Shown piece by piece: positions 13,301-25,952 of a stretch of DNA of 64,000 bases (positions are counted from its first letter, which is position 1; each line of letters starts with the position of its first letter). Origin of the DNA: Setoptus koraiensis (lineage: Eukaryota; Animalia; Arthropoda); contig CM106585.1 in NCBI GenBank assembly GCA_048013815.1, positions 13,950,001 to 14,014,000 on the forward strand, written 5' to 3'. Under the pieces are notes generated by a model, which was not told where the DNA came from, did not search any database, and was given only the letters and a program-made list of their open reading frames with translations. Made by a program: the position numbers and the translations under genes.

Positions 13301-16300
13301 GCCGCGACTCTAATTAAATTAATTAATTAGCCGTGATTGGCGCTGCAGCGACACAATCCCCGAACGAGAGCTAGTTGAGCAATTCGAACGACGACCGAAC
13401 GCGAATGAGCGAGCGCTTTCACTTGTCGATCAGTGGCGCGTTTCGGCGCTTTTGTCGCCAACTTTTGTCGCCAACTTTTGTCGCATTTGCCAAAAAGGTT
13501 GCGCATTGGCAAGCAGAGAGATATCGCTGAAATGAAAATACTATCATCAACTTGCATTGTTTTGCGCCGCTCGGCCAGACACCGGAAAAGGCGTGTGTCG
13601 TGCCATTGTTTGATTTTAACATTTTGAAATTTTAACATTTCAAAATTTGTTTAACATGGTTGCTGTCTAATCTAATCTAGTTCAGCAACAACAGCGTTCG
13701 TTCAGCAACTCGACAAATGTTAATTGCTGATTCCACCTGTGAGTGGCGCTTTCGCCGCATTTGCATCATCATCAGCATCATTTGCATTTGCATTTGCGTC
13801 GCCAAGCGCCCAGTTTTATCGGCGCGCTTGCAGCGGGACCCGGCGCGCAACTACAACTGGCACACACACTTACAAGCTCGGATACGAAACTCAACGGGCT
13901 AACCCTACAGGCCTCGCAGGCCCTATAGGGCTATAGGGCGTTTAGTTTTGGCCCACCCGACACAGGCGGCGGACGGGCTGCGGGCCGCGCCGCGCTGCGC
14001 CGCGTCGGGTTGTTAGGCTGGCTCGGGGTTGCTACGGGCACGGTGTGCGGCTGGCCGGCTCGACACCCAAGTGGCAACTTTGTGTTGCTGCCATAGGCAC
14101 AGACAGATTTGTGAACTTAACCGCGACATGAATTATTTATGCAGTTGTTTGTGTGTTGTTGCCTTCGTTGTTGTTGTTGTTGCTGTTGCCGTTGCCGTCG
14201 TTGTTGTTGCTGTTGTCGTTGTCGTTGTTGCTGTTGCCGTCGTTGTTGTTGCTGTTGGCGACCCGGCAGCCAGTTACGCAACTGGCGCTGAATAGTTGCC
14301 AGACGAGACCACCTAAAGCACACAGACGCAAAACGATGGAGCCGAGCGCTTAGCCAGAAAAGGCAGAAAATTACGTAAAATAAAATGAAAAAATTTCATA
14401 AGCAAAAGTGGCTTTGTGGCGCTGCTTGCTGTTGCAGCGACACTGCCGAGCTGGGCCAGGGGACAGCGCCAGCGACCAGAGCAAATTGAGATTGGCCACC
14501 GACGGCAACAGCGCCGACTGCCAATGCAAAATGGCTGCTCGGCCAGCATCGGGCTTATTTTTGCTGACTGGCTCGCTCGAAACTGGCGGCGCTGGCTCGA
14601 AGCTGGCGGCGCTGGCTCGAAAGTGGCGGCGCTGGCCGGCCAAAATAAACGTTGACGAGCCAACAGCGCTCTTTACCTGTCTGATTTGAATAAATAAACA
14701 GGGCAGAGTGCGCAACGCTCAAATGAAACAACAGGCCATGGTGATGACGATGATGACCTTTATAGGCGCGCAAGAAATCTCTTTTGTGCAAGACAACGAC
14801 GACAATGCACACAATATAGGAGTATTGTGTCATTATGTGTGTGTGTGTGTGTGTGTGTGATTCTTTGTGTGCCCAACGCAGGCACACAAAGGAACAAAGG
14901 CACAAAACAGCGCAGACGGGCTCGCAAAACACAAGCCCGCCGAGCTTCTGTGTCGGGCCTTCGAACTGGCTCTCGAATTCGAACTGGCTCTCGAATTCGA
15001 ACTGGCTCTCGAATTCGAACTCGCTCTCGAATGCGAACTCGCTCTCGCATTCGAACTCGAGTGCGAGCGCCGATTGGAGCGGTCGCCTCGAACATTCGAA
15101 GACGAGCCCTCGCACACTGCGAGACTCGCAAGTGGCGCGACGCACAATGCAACCCTAAAACAATCTTGTTACGCAACATTATCAGCGCCATTATTATTCA
15201 TCGCATTGTTGGCCGCTCACCTATTTTGGCGTCGGTCTAGGCGCTTGTCGGCCGCATTCCGACCATTGTGCGCAATTGTAAGGCGCCAATGGCACTTTTG
15301 TTCTGCATTGTTTGTACATCTTGGCTACATTTCTCGTTGTTTCTCGTTGTTTCTCGTTGTTTCTCGTTGTCTCTCGCCGCTTCTCGCCGCTGCCGGCCAC
15401 TCGATAGCCGCGCTCAACTGGCTGGCAAGGTGAACAAACACAGAATGACCAACAATAAATGATAAATTCAATTAGTGTCCGCAATAAATTCATTGTGTCG
15501 CCAATGGGCGCACAGCGGCACCGGTGTGAATTTCGCTCATGCTCTTTAATTCGTGTCCACCAAAAACTGCCATCTCATCACCGCCATGCAAAGTGGCCCA
15601 TGTGCGCGCTGCGCAGCCAGCGCGCCATTATAGCAGTTATTATAGCACACAAGACGAAAAGTCCTGCGACTTTTGTGTTTAATGCTTGTTTTGGCCAGTG
15701 CAAGCCAAGCCAAAACAAGCACCAAACACAAAAGGAGCCGGACTTTTCTCAGCGCGGCACAGTAATTGCGCTGCACAACATTGGTTTCAATATCACTAAT
15801 CATCATTATTGTATAATAATAAAAATAGACACTATTCACACCGACACCCAAGCAATGGTGTGAGCACATGCAATATGTAAATGTTGTTAACACACACACA
15901 CACTGGCAAAAAAATGCATTTTCTCAAAAACAACTGCTGCTCGTCGAAACAAAAATCAGAGAGATTAATCATTTTCTTATCAACGTTTTGCCTTTAATTC
16001 AATTTGAATTTTGCTTATTTTGGCCGGCATTATCGGCATTATCCCGTTCGCGTTGCGAGCATTATCGCGGCCTGGCGAGCATACGCAAATGGCCTGTTTA
16101 TTAGCGTCTATTAGCATTTATTAGCATGCTTGTGTGTGTCCGTTAAACAAAGTGTCTGTTCTAAGTGTTTGCTCGCGCCGAATGCCAGCCAACAACCAGC
16201 CAACAACCAGCCAACAACCAGCGAGCAACCAGCCAACAAGCAGCAACGAGCAACAACAACAACAAACGGCCAAGCCACAAGCAACAAAGAAGCCACTGAA

Positions 16301-19300
16301 TGATTTTCGGCCGAATCAATTGGCGCTGCTGGCGCTCAGGTGAGTCGCTCAGCTGCCATTAGTCCGACTTATGCCCGACATTAACCGGCATGAATGTTGT
16401 TGCTGTTGTTGTTGCCTGTTGCCGCTGTTGCCGCTGCTGTTGCCGCTGCTGTTGCCGCTGCTGCTGCTGTTGTTGGCGCCGTTGTTGGTGGCGGCAGCGA
16501 GCAGCGATGAAAATATGATGCTCGAGAATTCCTGTTGATGCAATGGCAATTGCAATCGTTACTTAATGACCTCACAACGCGTTACTATTATTGCCGTTTG
16601 ATTTCTTTGCGGCGCTCGCTTGCATTTATCGCGGCCTGCGCGTTCGCATCATCGTCGGATCATCATCGATCGCTATCATCAGGTGGTTACTTATTGCTCC
16701 ATTGCGGCCTAGCCATTAGCTCGAGCTGCATTCGCAGTCAGGATTCGCAGTCAGGATTCGCAGTCAGGAAGTATCGGCCGAGGCGTCTTTTCGGAGCGGC
16801 AATCGCGCCGATACAATTGCAGCAGCATCGAAAACCGCAACACTGCAACAACCGCAACAACCTCAATACTGCAGCAACTGCAACAACCGCAACAACTGCA
16901 ACGGCGTGGTTGGCAGTTGTTCAGTAGCAACAATGGACCGCCTGCAATCATCGGCGTCCCGGTGGCTTCGCTCGTTTTAGAGCTCGTATCCATGGCAACT
17001 AGGCCGCGCTAGTGTTGCACCTGACCTCCATTAAACTAATGAGTTCTTTTGCCCGTGCCTCGTGATGCGCCGGCCGCCACAACAACAGCGCCGACAACAA
17101 TTGCGGCACCAATTCGCCACTAGGGCGCCTCAGTTGTATCGAGCGCGCATCAACGCGAGATGCCAACGAGATTTTTGTTGTTGCACTATACCGATACAGT
17201 AATTGAGATCGGCCGCGTGGGGGCCGTCTATGCGCTTCAATTCGACCGATGGCATCTTGGCCAGAGTGACTCAACGTGTGCCGGCGAGCTCAATCTGAAT
17301 GAGCTCGCTCGTGCATTGGAGATTGCCCGACGATGGCAGCCGGTCACCGGCCGATCTTTCACCGGTTTCAGATACTGTCGGGTTTGAAATCGCTCAAAAT
17401 AAATGCGTCTGATATGAGGGCTCGCATGGGATCTCGTATGAGGGCCCTCGCACGACAGAGTGTCCGGCTTAACACGCGCACTGCTCGCGGCACTAATCAG
17501 CTGTGTGCAGGGTGGTTTTTGCAGCGTCGAGATGTCACCGAGATTCGAGCCATTTCGCGTGGACACTTGGTTTGGTCAGTTGGACGACTCAATCGATATT
17601 GGCAGTTGGCTGCAGTGTTGAGTGTGGGCGAAAGTAACGGCCGTCAAGTTGGCAGCGTGATCTTGCCGGAGCCGGCGCTGGAGGCTCGCAGGAGTCATGA
17701 GTTGCGGCCAAAGTGAGTTGCGGCCAAAGTGAGTTGCGGCCAAAATGAGTTGTGTTTGCCGTTGATTGTGCATGCCAATTTGCTTGGCGAAGCCTCACAC
17801 GATACTCACTGACCACTTGCAGTGGTCCAAGTGGACATTGAGCCGGCAGCGGCGGCAGCAGCAGCAGTGAGATAATACTGCGCTGTATAATTGTACAGCC
17901 AGCGGTAGTGATAAAATAATAGCTGGCAAATTCACCTTCTCTCACCTGAGATTTTCTCTCACTCTGCTGCAATCTGTTGGAGTGTGTCTGAAAATCTCTG
18001 GCTGCTAGTTACAAGGTTGTTGTGGTTATATATTATAGTGTGTGTGTGCCGGCAACATCGTTGGAACGTGTGATGCTCGATGTCAAACAATTTGATGGAT
18101 GAGACTCATTATCTTCTTTGCTTCATCATAATCATCATCATGTACGGCCAGGTCTATCATTATTATCCCATTGTAATACACAATGAGTATCACTCACTTT
18201 TTACTCTAGTTATTTTACATTCTCGCCAGCTCATCTACTCGGCACACTGGCGCAGCTCCGCGCGCTCTGTGCTCCGACAGCCGATCTGTGCCAAATTAGA
18301 TCAAACAATCCCACTGCTGCTGCTGCTGCTGCTGCCAATATCGCCAGACTCTGACGGCCACAGCCACTGGTGGCTGTCGACTGTCGGCTGGTTCCAATGG
18401 GCCAATTTTGCCCACAACCAGCGCCAGCGCCAGAGCCAGACCGAACCAAAGAGAGGACCGGACAGCACCAAACCGACAGCGGACAGGCTGACAAACAAGC
18501 ACCAGATCAATCTTGACCAATCGCACGGCCGCACAATGGCCACAATACAACAGACAACAGATAATAGCGACTGGCCACTAATAACCAAACACGGACAAAC
18601 ACTCGGCTCAATTGAGGTGGTCACTCGGTCGGGCCACGGGTGAGCATGGAGAATTGAGCGGCGAGCATCACTATCACAAACAATTTTTTTGAGCAGTAAA
18701 GCGCGCACTTGGTGCACAGCACGTGCAACTGCACAACCACTCACAGTGCAGTTGGGGGTCAACTGTGCGCAAACACGAGCACTCGGTTAGGTGAGGCCAA
18801 CACTGTAATAGTGGCCAAACTCTAACAGTGTGCCACTCGGGCACAACATCAGACACAACTGTGCACGAGTGGCACACCACTACTACTACCACTAACAACA
18901 ACAACAACAACATTGGCCGAGTGAACTAATTAGCGCCGAACTGACCACTAATGAGACATCGGACACGACCCGCTGATTGGGATTGAAATGGGCGACCGGC
19001 GAGTGGCGGACGTGCAAAGTGCAAAGTGCTGGCACCGGTGAGTGGCGGCCGAAGCGGCAGTGGTCAGTCGTGCACAGTCATATTCTCACCTGTTCAATGA
19101 TGATGTTATTTATTATGATCGAGCACCTATCTCGGCAACTGGCCAACTGGGCACAACAGCACATCGGTTGGCCGGTAGCCGCCACAAACAGGTAGCCGCT
19201 ACTCGTTGGTGGAGCACAAATATATATATATTTATAAACAGCCTCGCATATATATATATGGACGGTGATAATGATGACGGTGAAACGGATCGGATCGGAT

Positions 19301-22300
19301 CAGCGCCGGCCGGCCGGCCGGGCCGAGAGTTCAATTGGAATGAGCAGCACAAGCTGCGAACACATTGCGAAGCAGACGAGCGAGAGAAGCCAAAAGTAAT
19401 TTACGATTATTTATCGTTGTTGTTGTTGTTGTTGTTGTTGTGGCTATCGCTTCTTTACAATGCAACAAACATGCAACTACTGATAGCGTTTGCCAGCCAG
19501 TTGCTAGAGACACAAGACGAGCCAGCGAGAGGCTAATTATGTGTATGTGCTGCCACTAGTGGCGGTCATTAACATTCACAACAGGTAAATTCGGCAGCCA
19601 TTCGCACACACACACACACACACACATTTGAATTACCACTAACCACTATCAGCGTGCATTTATCACAACCAACAACGACAACGACAACAGCAACAGCAGC
19701 AACAACAAAAACAACGACAGCAGCAACAACGACAGCAACAGCAACAACAAGTGTCCGTCTGACGGCGTAGCCCGCAGTCAGTGTCAAGCTCGCTGTCTGC
19801 TCACCTTGCAGCCGGCGTATAGGCCGCTGGCTGACTTGTGAGCGTATGTCGGTGTCGGTGTGTGTGTGAGCTAGACGGCGATAAACAGCTTGATAGATTA
19901 TCATGATGAGCATTAACATGGTCGTGTTTGCTCATTGCATTTGTGTTTGCGATATCATCAGTCTGGCACTGCTACTGTTTGCCGCTGCCGCCCAGCGCCA
20001 CCGTCGGCCAGGTGAGCAAGCGCCGGCCCGCGTCTCGCCGTGCATGTAACATATATATCTGTCTGTTTGTTTGTTTGTGATATCATCACGATGTTACGCA
20101 ACATAATGCAAAATAAATTGTGTGCAATATACGCAATATAATGCCAAAAATATATCGCTTGCGAAAATGCCCGCCACACAGACAAGCGCTTGCTCGCCCG
20201 GCCGACGCTCGCTCATTTGGCCGACGCTTGCTCACCTGGCCGTCGAGCTGTCGGCCCCGCGGCGCCACCGTCGGCCAGGTGAGCAGCCAGCGGATCGGCG
20301 GAGCAGCACGTGGCCAGTGTCAATAGTGGCGCATCGTGGGCAACAACGGGGATGACATTAACATGACAGTGCCAATAACAATAATGGCGTCGCCATTGAT
20401 GCAGATGCCTCATATAGAGCGACTGAGCTCGTTGCAACTCGCTCGTATATTGCTCGTGTTTATAGGCGCAACGCGCGCCTAAATCAAATCATGATCGATC
20501 ATCATTGTTGTTCATGGCCAGTTATCGCTCGCTCGCTCGGCTGGCTGGCTGGCCACAATTGGTTGGTTGGTTACGTAATAACAGCATACATTTTGCCTAT
20601 ATACACGAGTATACATATGTACAGCGCATACGTTTTGCGATGGCTCGCCGACACAGAAATCAAACTCTCATTTTGTGCGGCGTCTTTCGCTTGCCTTCGT
20701 CGTCTCCGATGAGCGTCATCAGTCTGGCCATTGGTCGCCGGCTCGGTGCGGCCAGCTTGTCGGACTGCCAGTCAGCGCCGGTCAGCGGCGCCATTTTATT
20801 TCTGCTATGCGGCCATTGGTGCGCATTGAAACGTTGGCGCATCGTTATCATCGTCGCCATGGTCGTCATCGTCGTCATCATGACGCCATGACGTAACAAT
20901 CATCATGACGCAACATATAATGGCGTCACTGAAGCGCATAGATGCAAACAGACAGATTGACGCTCATTCAATTCAACGCACGCTGCTGACAACGCTCCAA
21001 CGATGCAATCGCTGCCGCTCCAACGATGCAATCGCTGCTGCCGATGATGATGATGATGATGCAATCGTCGCTAGTCGATTGTTGCAGCGCGATAATGATA
21101 ATAATAGAATTAGCAGCTTGCCACAATCGTTGGCCAATCGTTGGCGCGATAAAACAAGCGCCCTCGACGAGCCACAGTCTATAGGGCACCCTTAGCGGCA
21201 GCGCGAGGGGGCGCTGCCGTCGGAGTGCGATTGATGGGAGCTGGCGCGATTGTGGCCAGCTCCCATAATCGCTCGCACCGGCTGGCCGGGCCGCCACCGG
21301 CCATTCGACGGGCATAAGCGACCCGTAAGCGATGTTGGCCAGAGCGGGCGTCGTCAACGGCGTTTTCGCTGGCGATGGGACAGCTCGAGACTCTCCAGTC
21401 GAGAGAGTGAGCGATAAATCTGCGCCGATGGCCGCAGCCGTGAGCGTGCATTCATTCGAAGCCAACTCAAACAATTGATAATGTCGACAACGGCCAAACA
21501 ACAGCCACAACAAGTGGCAAACGAGTCTTTTTAACTCACTCTCTTTTGGCCGGCCAGCGGTCACATGGCTCGCCAATGTGCTGCTTGACCACTCAACCGC
21601 CAGCAATAATCGTGTTTGGGTAATTGATTCGCTAGTGGCCGGTGCGCCGCCAACTTTTGGCGCTACATTTGGCTCACTCGCCAGAAATTATCGCTCGCCG
21701 GGAGAAATCCAATTCGCACACTGTTGGCGGTGCAGTTCGAGTGGCTTCGCTGGGAGCGCGATTTTTGCGTAAAATGTGGCCGCAATTGGCAACGAGTGGC
21801 CGCTCGGTTCGTGAACGGCCGGCGCTCAATGTGCCAGACTATAGAGCTCGAAATGATGATAACGACGATAGTGATAGTGGTAACGACCAGCATGGCCGTG
21901 CCACAGTGATGCCATTGTGATATTGTGGTGCCGCAAAGATGCGATAGTGGTGCCACAGTGATGAGATAGTGATGCAATAGCGATACGGCCGTGGCCGTAG
22001 TGATGCGGCGACCGACGCAGCGAGAATCTAGCTGCGAGCGAGCAAGATCGTGCGTTCACTTTTTTACGCTGGCCGGCGCTCACAATTACGTAAGCGCGGC
22101 CGAGCAACGCGAAAAGTGAATGCGATCGCTCGCCAACGACACCGTCAACAACTCATCACAGGGCAACCCAAGACAGTTGTTGCTCCGCTCGCCTGTTCGT
22201 GCCCGTCGGCCGGCAGCAAGGATCAAGGATCAAGCGATCTCGACGCGGCCAGTGGCGACCGTCGGAGACCGTCGGCGACCATCGGAGTCCATTGGAGTGC

Positions 22301-23203
22301 TACGGAGACGAGCCACGGCGAGTCCGTCGCGGGGAATCGTGATTGCGGCTGAGAAAACTCTCCCATGGTTGCGCAACCTGCTAATCGGTATCGCTAAACA
22401 GTCGCCATTAGCATGTGATGCCAAAGGGTCCGTGTGATCGCCAGCGGTTTGCCGGCGGTGTGTGTTACCTGGTCGGATGACCGTCAACGAACGTCCGACG
22501 ATTGGCTCGGATGTACGCATATTCGCTCGACGCTTCGCTGCTCGCTCGCACTCGCCGTCTCGACAGCAGCGCAACAACGCCACAGCACAACGACACAACA
22601 GCACAACAACGCAACAACACACCCGACAACAACACAACAACAAACGCGTCCGAGAATCAATGAGAATCGACGAGAATCGACGAGAATCGACGACAACATG
22701 CTGCAAAACTTACCTTGGAGATATGACTTTGTTCTGAGATAACTGACGCTCAATCGGAGTATGGATAGCTTGTCCAATTTAGACAGAACACTTTGCTCGA
22801 ATGGCAACAATGAGGCCAAAGTGTCCAGCTCTTGATTCAATCTTTCTCTGTGTCGTTTCGACGGGTTTGACTTGGTGTGGCTGTCTTTAGAGCCGGCGCA
22901 TCTGACGCTGCAAGACGAGACAGGTGACGGGTGACAGGTGACAGGTGAGATAATTATTAGCATGTGATTTAAGTAGCAACTCGGATGATCGACAATATCG
23001 ACAATATCGACAACATCGACAACATCGACAATATCGACAATATCGATAGTGCCGACGATGCCGACGGTATCGATGAAGTCGATGAAATCGCCGATATCGA
23101 TGATATGGCACATTCGATCTTGTATATAGGCTCGGTTAATTACTCACTTCTTGCTGTTTCTCTTGCGACGTTTCGTTGCGTACATGGCAACGTGTACAGA
23201 CAT
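1..23203 (-). CDS. AHR: Aryl hydrocarbon receptor / spineless ortholog (bHLH-PAS), multi-exon, 3' partial: join(23148-23203, 22714-22907, 7487-7938, 2722-2811, 1400-1622, 1163-1239, <1-452)
   Basis: Hand-spliced product reads [83 protein letters not shown]...[57 protein letters not shown]...[33 protein letters not shown]...FGPPSLLE...FKSKHRLD. This is the AhR/spineless signature. All junctions are GT-AG with compatible phases (2,1,0,0,1,0). Confidence 0.95.
909..971. repeat. 21-nt tandem repeat x3 (GGTTGCCCGTTTGTTGTTGTT) in AhR intron 6
   Basis: Read directly. Confidence 0.9.
1163..1239 (-). CDS. AHR: AhR exon 6 (PAS-A end)
   Basis: [25 protein letters not shown]; tcgcag / gtaagt. Confidence 0.93.
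1400..1622 (-). CDS. AHR: AhR exon 5 (PAS-A)
   Basis: [28 protein letters not shown]...; aaacag / gtgagc. Confidence 0.93.
2722..2811 (-). CDS. AHR: AhR exon 4 (PAS-A, 90 nt)
   Basis: [30 protein letters not shown]; acceptor AAG, donor gtgagt. Not in the ORF track. Confidence 0.95.
4186..4268. repeat. 24-nt tandem repeat x3 containing palindrome TTGTATACAA
   Basis: TTTTATACAACGATTTGTATACAA units, read directly. Confidence 0.9.
5958..6063. repeat. 18-nt tandem repeat (TGTTGTCGTTGTCGCTGT)n
   Basis: Read directly. Confidence 0.88.
7343..7420. repeat. 12-nt tandem repeat (ACTCATAATCGC/G)n
   Basis: Read directly; lies just inside the intron 3 donor. Confidence 0.85.
7487..7938 (-). CDS. AHR: AhR exon 3 (His/Gln/Asn-rich linker ending at start of PAS-A, EGDLILQ)
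   Basis: Ends ...MEGDLILQ|gtgagt, equivalent to DGDMFLQ of spineless. The 5' boundary (gggcag at 7939) was chosen as the phase-compatible AG in the open frame and is less certain. Confidence 0.8.
10740..10811. repeat. 18-nt tandem repeat x4 (TGTATATTAYGTAATATC), each unit carrying a D-box-like core
   Basis: Read directly. Confidence 0.88.
14961..15060. repeat. 18-nt tandem repeat (TCGAACTGGCTCTCGAAT)n
   Basis: Read directly. Confidence 0.88.
22714..22907 (-). CDS. AHR: AhR exon 2 (bHLH)
   Basis: [51 protein letters not shown]; acceptor ttgcag, donor gtaagt. Confidence 0.97.
22988..23046. repeat. 9-nt tandem repeat (ATCGACAAT/C)n in AhR intron 1
   Basis: Read directly. Confidence 0.85.
23148..23203 (-). 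CDS. AHR: AhR coding exon 1 (basic region/NLS: [18 protein letters not shown])
   Basis: ATG at 23203; YATKRR motif typical of spineless/AhR; followed by donor GTGAGT in phase 2. Confidence 0.9.
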
Positions 23204-23989
23204 GGTTGCGCTGTTGTTGTTGTTGTATCTATATGTCGTTTAATTATTTTTCTTCGCTTCTCTTGTCTTGTCTTGTTTTGCTGTTGATTGCAATCGCCAG
23301 TCGATGGGCGATATAGTGCAAATAGATGCTCGAGCTGTCTGCTGATTTGTATGCTGTTTGGGGCCCCTATCGGCTGCTGTTAGCTGCTGCTGGCTGCTAT
23401 TGGCTGCTGCTGGCCATTTTAATTTGATTGCGTTGGATTGAATTGGATTCGATTCGATTCGAACACACTTTTGCACTTCTTTTTCTTCTTTTCTTTTTGT
23501 TCTCGTTACTGTGTGCGTTGCTTGGCGAGCAATGGCGGCCGAGTTCAGGTGAGAAGCGACGGACGCGACACGATGCGACGCCAAAAGAACGCGATGACGC
23601 CACACATACGCGCCAAGCTGCATGCGAAGCGCACCTCCACGCATGCGCACTAGGGCAAGCAGAGTGTGCGCAGGCGCACTGGAAGCGCAGCAGCGACGCA
23701 AGGTGGTTGCCGAATAGGTAATTGTTTGCCTCCACTATACTATATATCACGTCACATTTGGCACAGCGAGCCGCAGCTCGGCACAGGCGGTCGTTTACGC
23801 GCACATGCGCGCTGATGCCATGTTTGCCGTTTGCTACGTTTGCTGCGTTTGCTGCGTTTGCCGCGTTTGCTGGGAGATGGGAGATCGGATATGGGAGAGG
23901 GGAGCTGGCGAGGCGATCTGCCGCTGGCCGGTGGTCAGCGGTCAGCCGCTTGCGGCCAACTGACCACTGGGCTGGGGTTGCCGCGGCTC

Positions 23990-24080
23990 GCGAGTCACAA
24001 GTGGCGAGTCGCAAGCCGCCGGTCGCAAGTTGCGAGTCACAAGTTGCGAGTCACAAGTTGTGAGTCACAAGTTGCGAGTC
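23990..24080. repeat. 14-nt tandem repeat (GAGTCACAAGTTGC)n
   Basis: Read directly. Confidence 0.82.
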
Positions 24081-25874
24081 GCGGCGACAACTGACCCCTC
24101 AACGGGCCGGATAACGTGGGATCCACTGTGCGGATCTGTGCCGACACGGGACGTGAGCGATGAGCGGTGAGACCGACGGGCCGAGCGGCGACCGACGGGC
24201 CGAGGGCACACAAAGGCGCCCGATGGCCGCAGTGTCACTGTCGGCCGGCCCAATATGCAAATATCGTTCTCATGCTCACACAACTATGGATACTATGTTA
24301 AACTCATGAATCTCGCTTGCTCGCACTACCATGAGGCTCGTACCACTGTCGTGGCATCTCAGCACAACATTGCGTTTATCCTAAAGCTCGTAATGATTAT
24401 GATAAATTGCATCATTCACTCATTATCTCTCTCGTGTGCTGACCGCCGCTCCGCCTACCGCCGCTGCCACCGCCACTGACCGGTCAGCTCATTTGAGAGA
24501 TTTACTCTGCAGAGCGAGCGGGAAATCTGGTCATCTCAGGTAAATGCGACTCAGGTAAATCTGCGCTCGCTCTGATGAGGCGTCGCTTGGCTGGACGCTC
24601 GGCCGGCCAACAACCTGCAATCCGACTCAGTTTGTGTGTGTGTGTGTGTGTGAATTGATTCGAGGAGCGAGAGTTCGAGGGTCGTTATTAAAATCAAATC
24701 AACAGCAAATAATCATGCCACAACAGCGACATCGCAACCAGACTCAGCAATCGGTTGCCATTAGCAACGCGATACCGCTTAAAACAACACAAACAAACGC
24801 AAGACCTTCCTGTTTTGCACGCTGGCAGCGCCCCAAACGGAGAGTCTCGAATTCGAGAGACTCGCAAAGTCGAAATTCGAACTCGAATTTCGAAAGGTAT
24901 AAACTGCGCGACGTTTATACCTTTAGCGATGGCGTCATTTGCATCTCCGATTGGCCAGCTCCATCTGGCGGCCTGTGCGGCATTTATCGTGGTCATTGCC
25001 ATATTATTTTCATTGTTATTATTACTGTTGTTATTTGCCGGCTGTTGGCCGACATTATACTGCCGGCTGCCATTATTATCATTATTATTATTATATTATT
25101 ATATCGAGAGCTATATCGGGGGCTGCCGCCAGGGGTAAAGCCAGAGGGAGGCCTGAAAAAGTGAGGGCCACATCGAGGGCGACGCCGGGCAATCATTGCA
25201 GGGCCGGCGCACCGAGCGGGCGACCAAGGCAAACATCGACAAACATCAATCAGACTGGGGACGGCAATCGGCGCCGTCAGTCGGCACAACAGCAACAACA
25301 ACCAGAGCAACAACAACAGCAACAACAACAGCAACGGCGGCAACAACCACAACAACAACAACCAAAATAGTGTTCGAGCAGCATCATTTGACACTAGCGC
25401 AGTCACGCGATATATTGATTGACAACTGACGGTCACTTGTTGTTTACCTGTCCACCGCTCGCTCACCTGTTGGCTTGGTTACAGTTGACGGTTTGTTTGG
25501 CTCTCGCAGTGGCAGTGCGCGTCTCCTCTGCAAATTGGTGCCCGATCGGCACGATGGTCATCCAATAGTGACACACACCGGCTATAGGTTTTGATTGCCA
25601 GACTGATTTGTGTGTGTGTGTGTCGACCTTGTGAGAAATATCGGCCGGCCAGAATTACCCGACACTGTTGGCTGTTTGTGAGCACGTAGCCGGTACGGGC
25701 CGGTTGTCGGGCGCGCACTATCGATCACGTTGCCGGGCGACCGAATATCGATCGATTGGACATCAAACCGTGATTGGCTGCATAGCTGAACAACGAGCCA
25801 CTTGCTCGGCCTGTTGCCCTGGCGATCCGCTGCAAATTAGATCATCAGCGCCGCTCGCAAATTGCGGATGAGCG

Positions 25875-25952
25875 CCATTTGGATCCATTTGGATCCGTTT
25901 GGATCCGTTTGGATCCGTTTGGATCCGTTTGGATCCGTTTGGATCCATTTGG
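25875..25952. repeat. 10-nt tandem repeat x7 (GGATCCRTTT)
   Basis: GGATCC at 25881, 25891, 25901, 25911, 25921, 25931, 25941. Confidence 0.92.

Larger units (their letters stand above)
6604..22093. promoter_or_regulatory. Intronic cluster of TTACGTAA palindromes (PAR-bZIP/Vrille-type D-box)
   Basis: Exact TTACGTAA at 6604, 6618, 7098, 8959, 9928, 10746, 10764, 11795, 14371, 20571, 22086. Function is inferred. Confidence 0.5.

Noticed and set aside
23720-23760. TATA-like element for AhR (TATATAGT on the minus strand)
   Set aside because: No supporting initiator or transcript evidence, and AT-rich words are common here.
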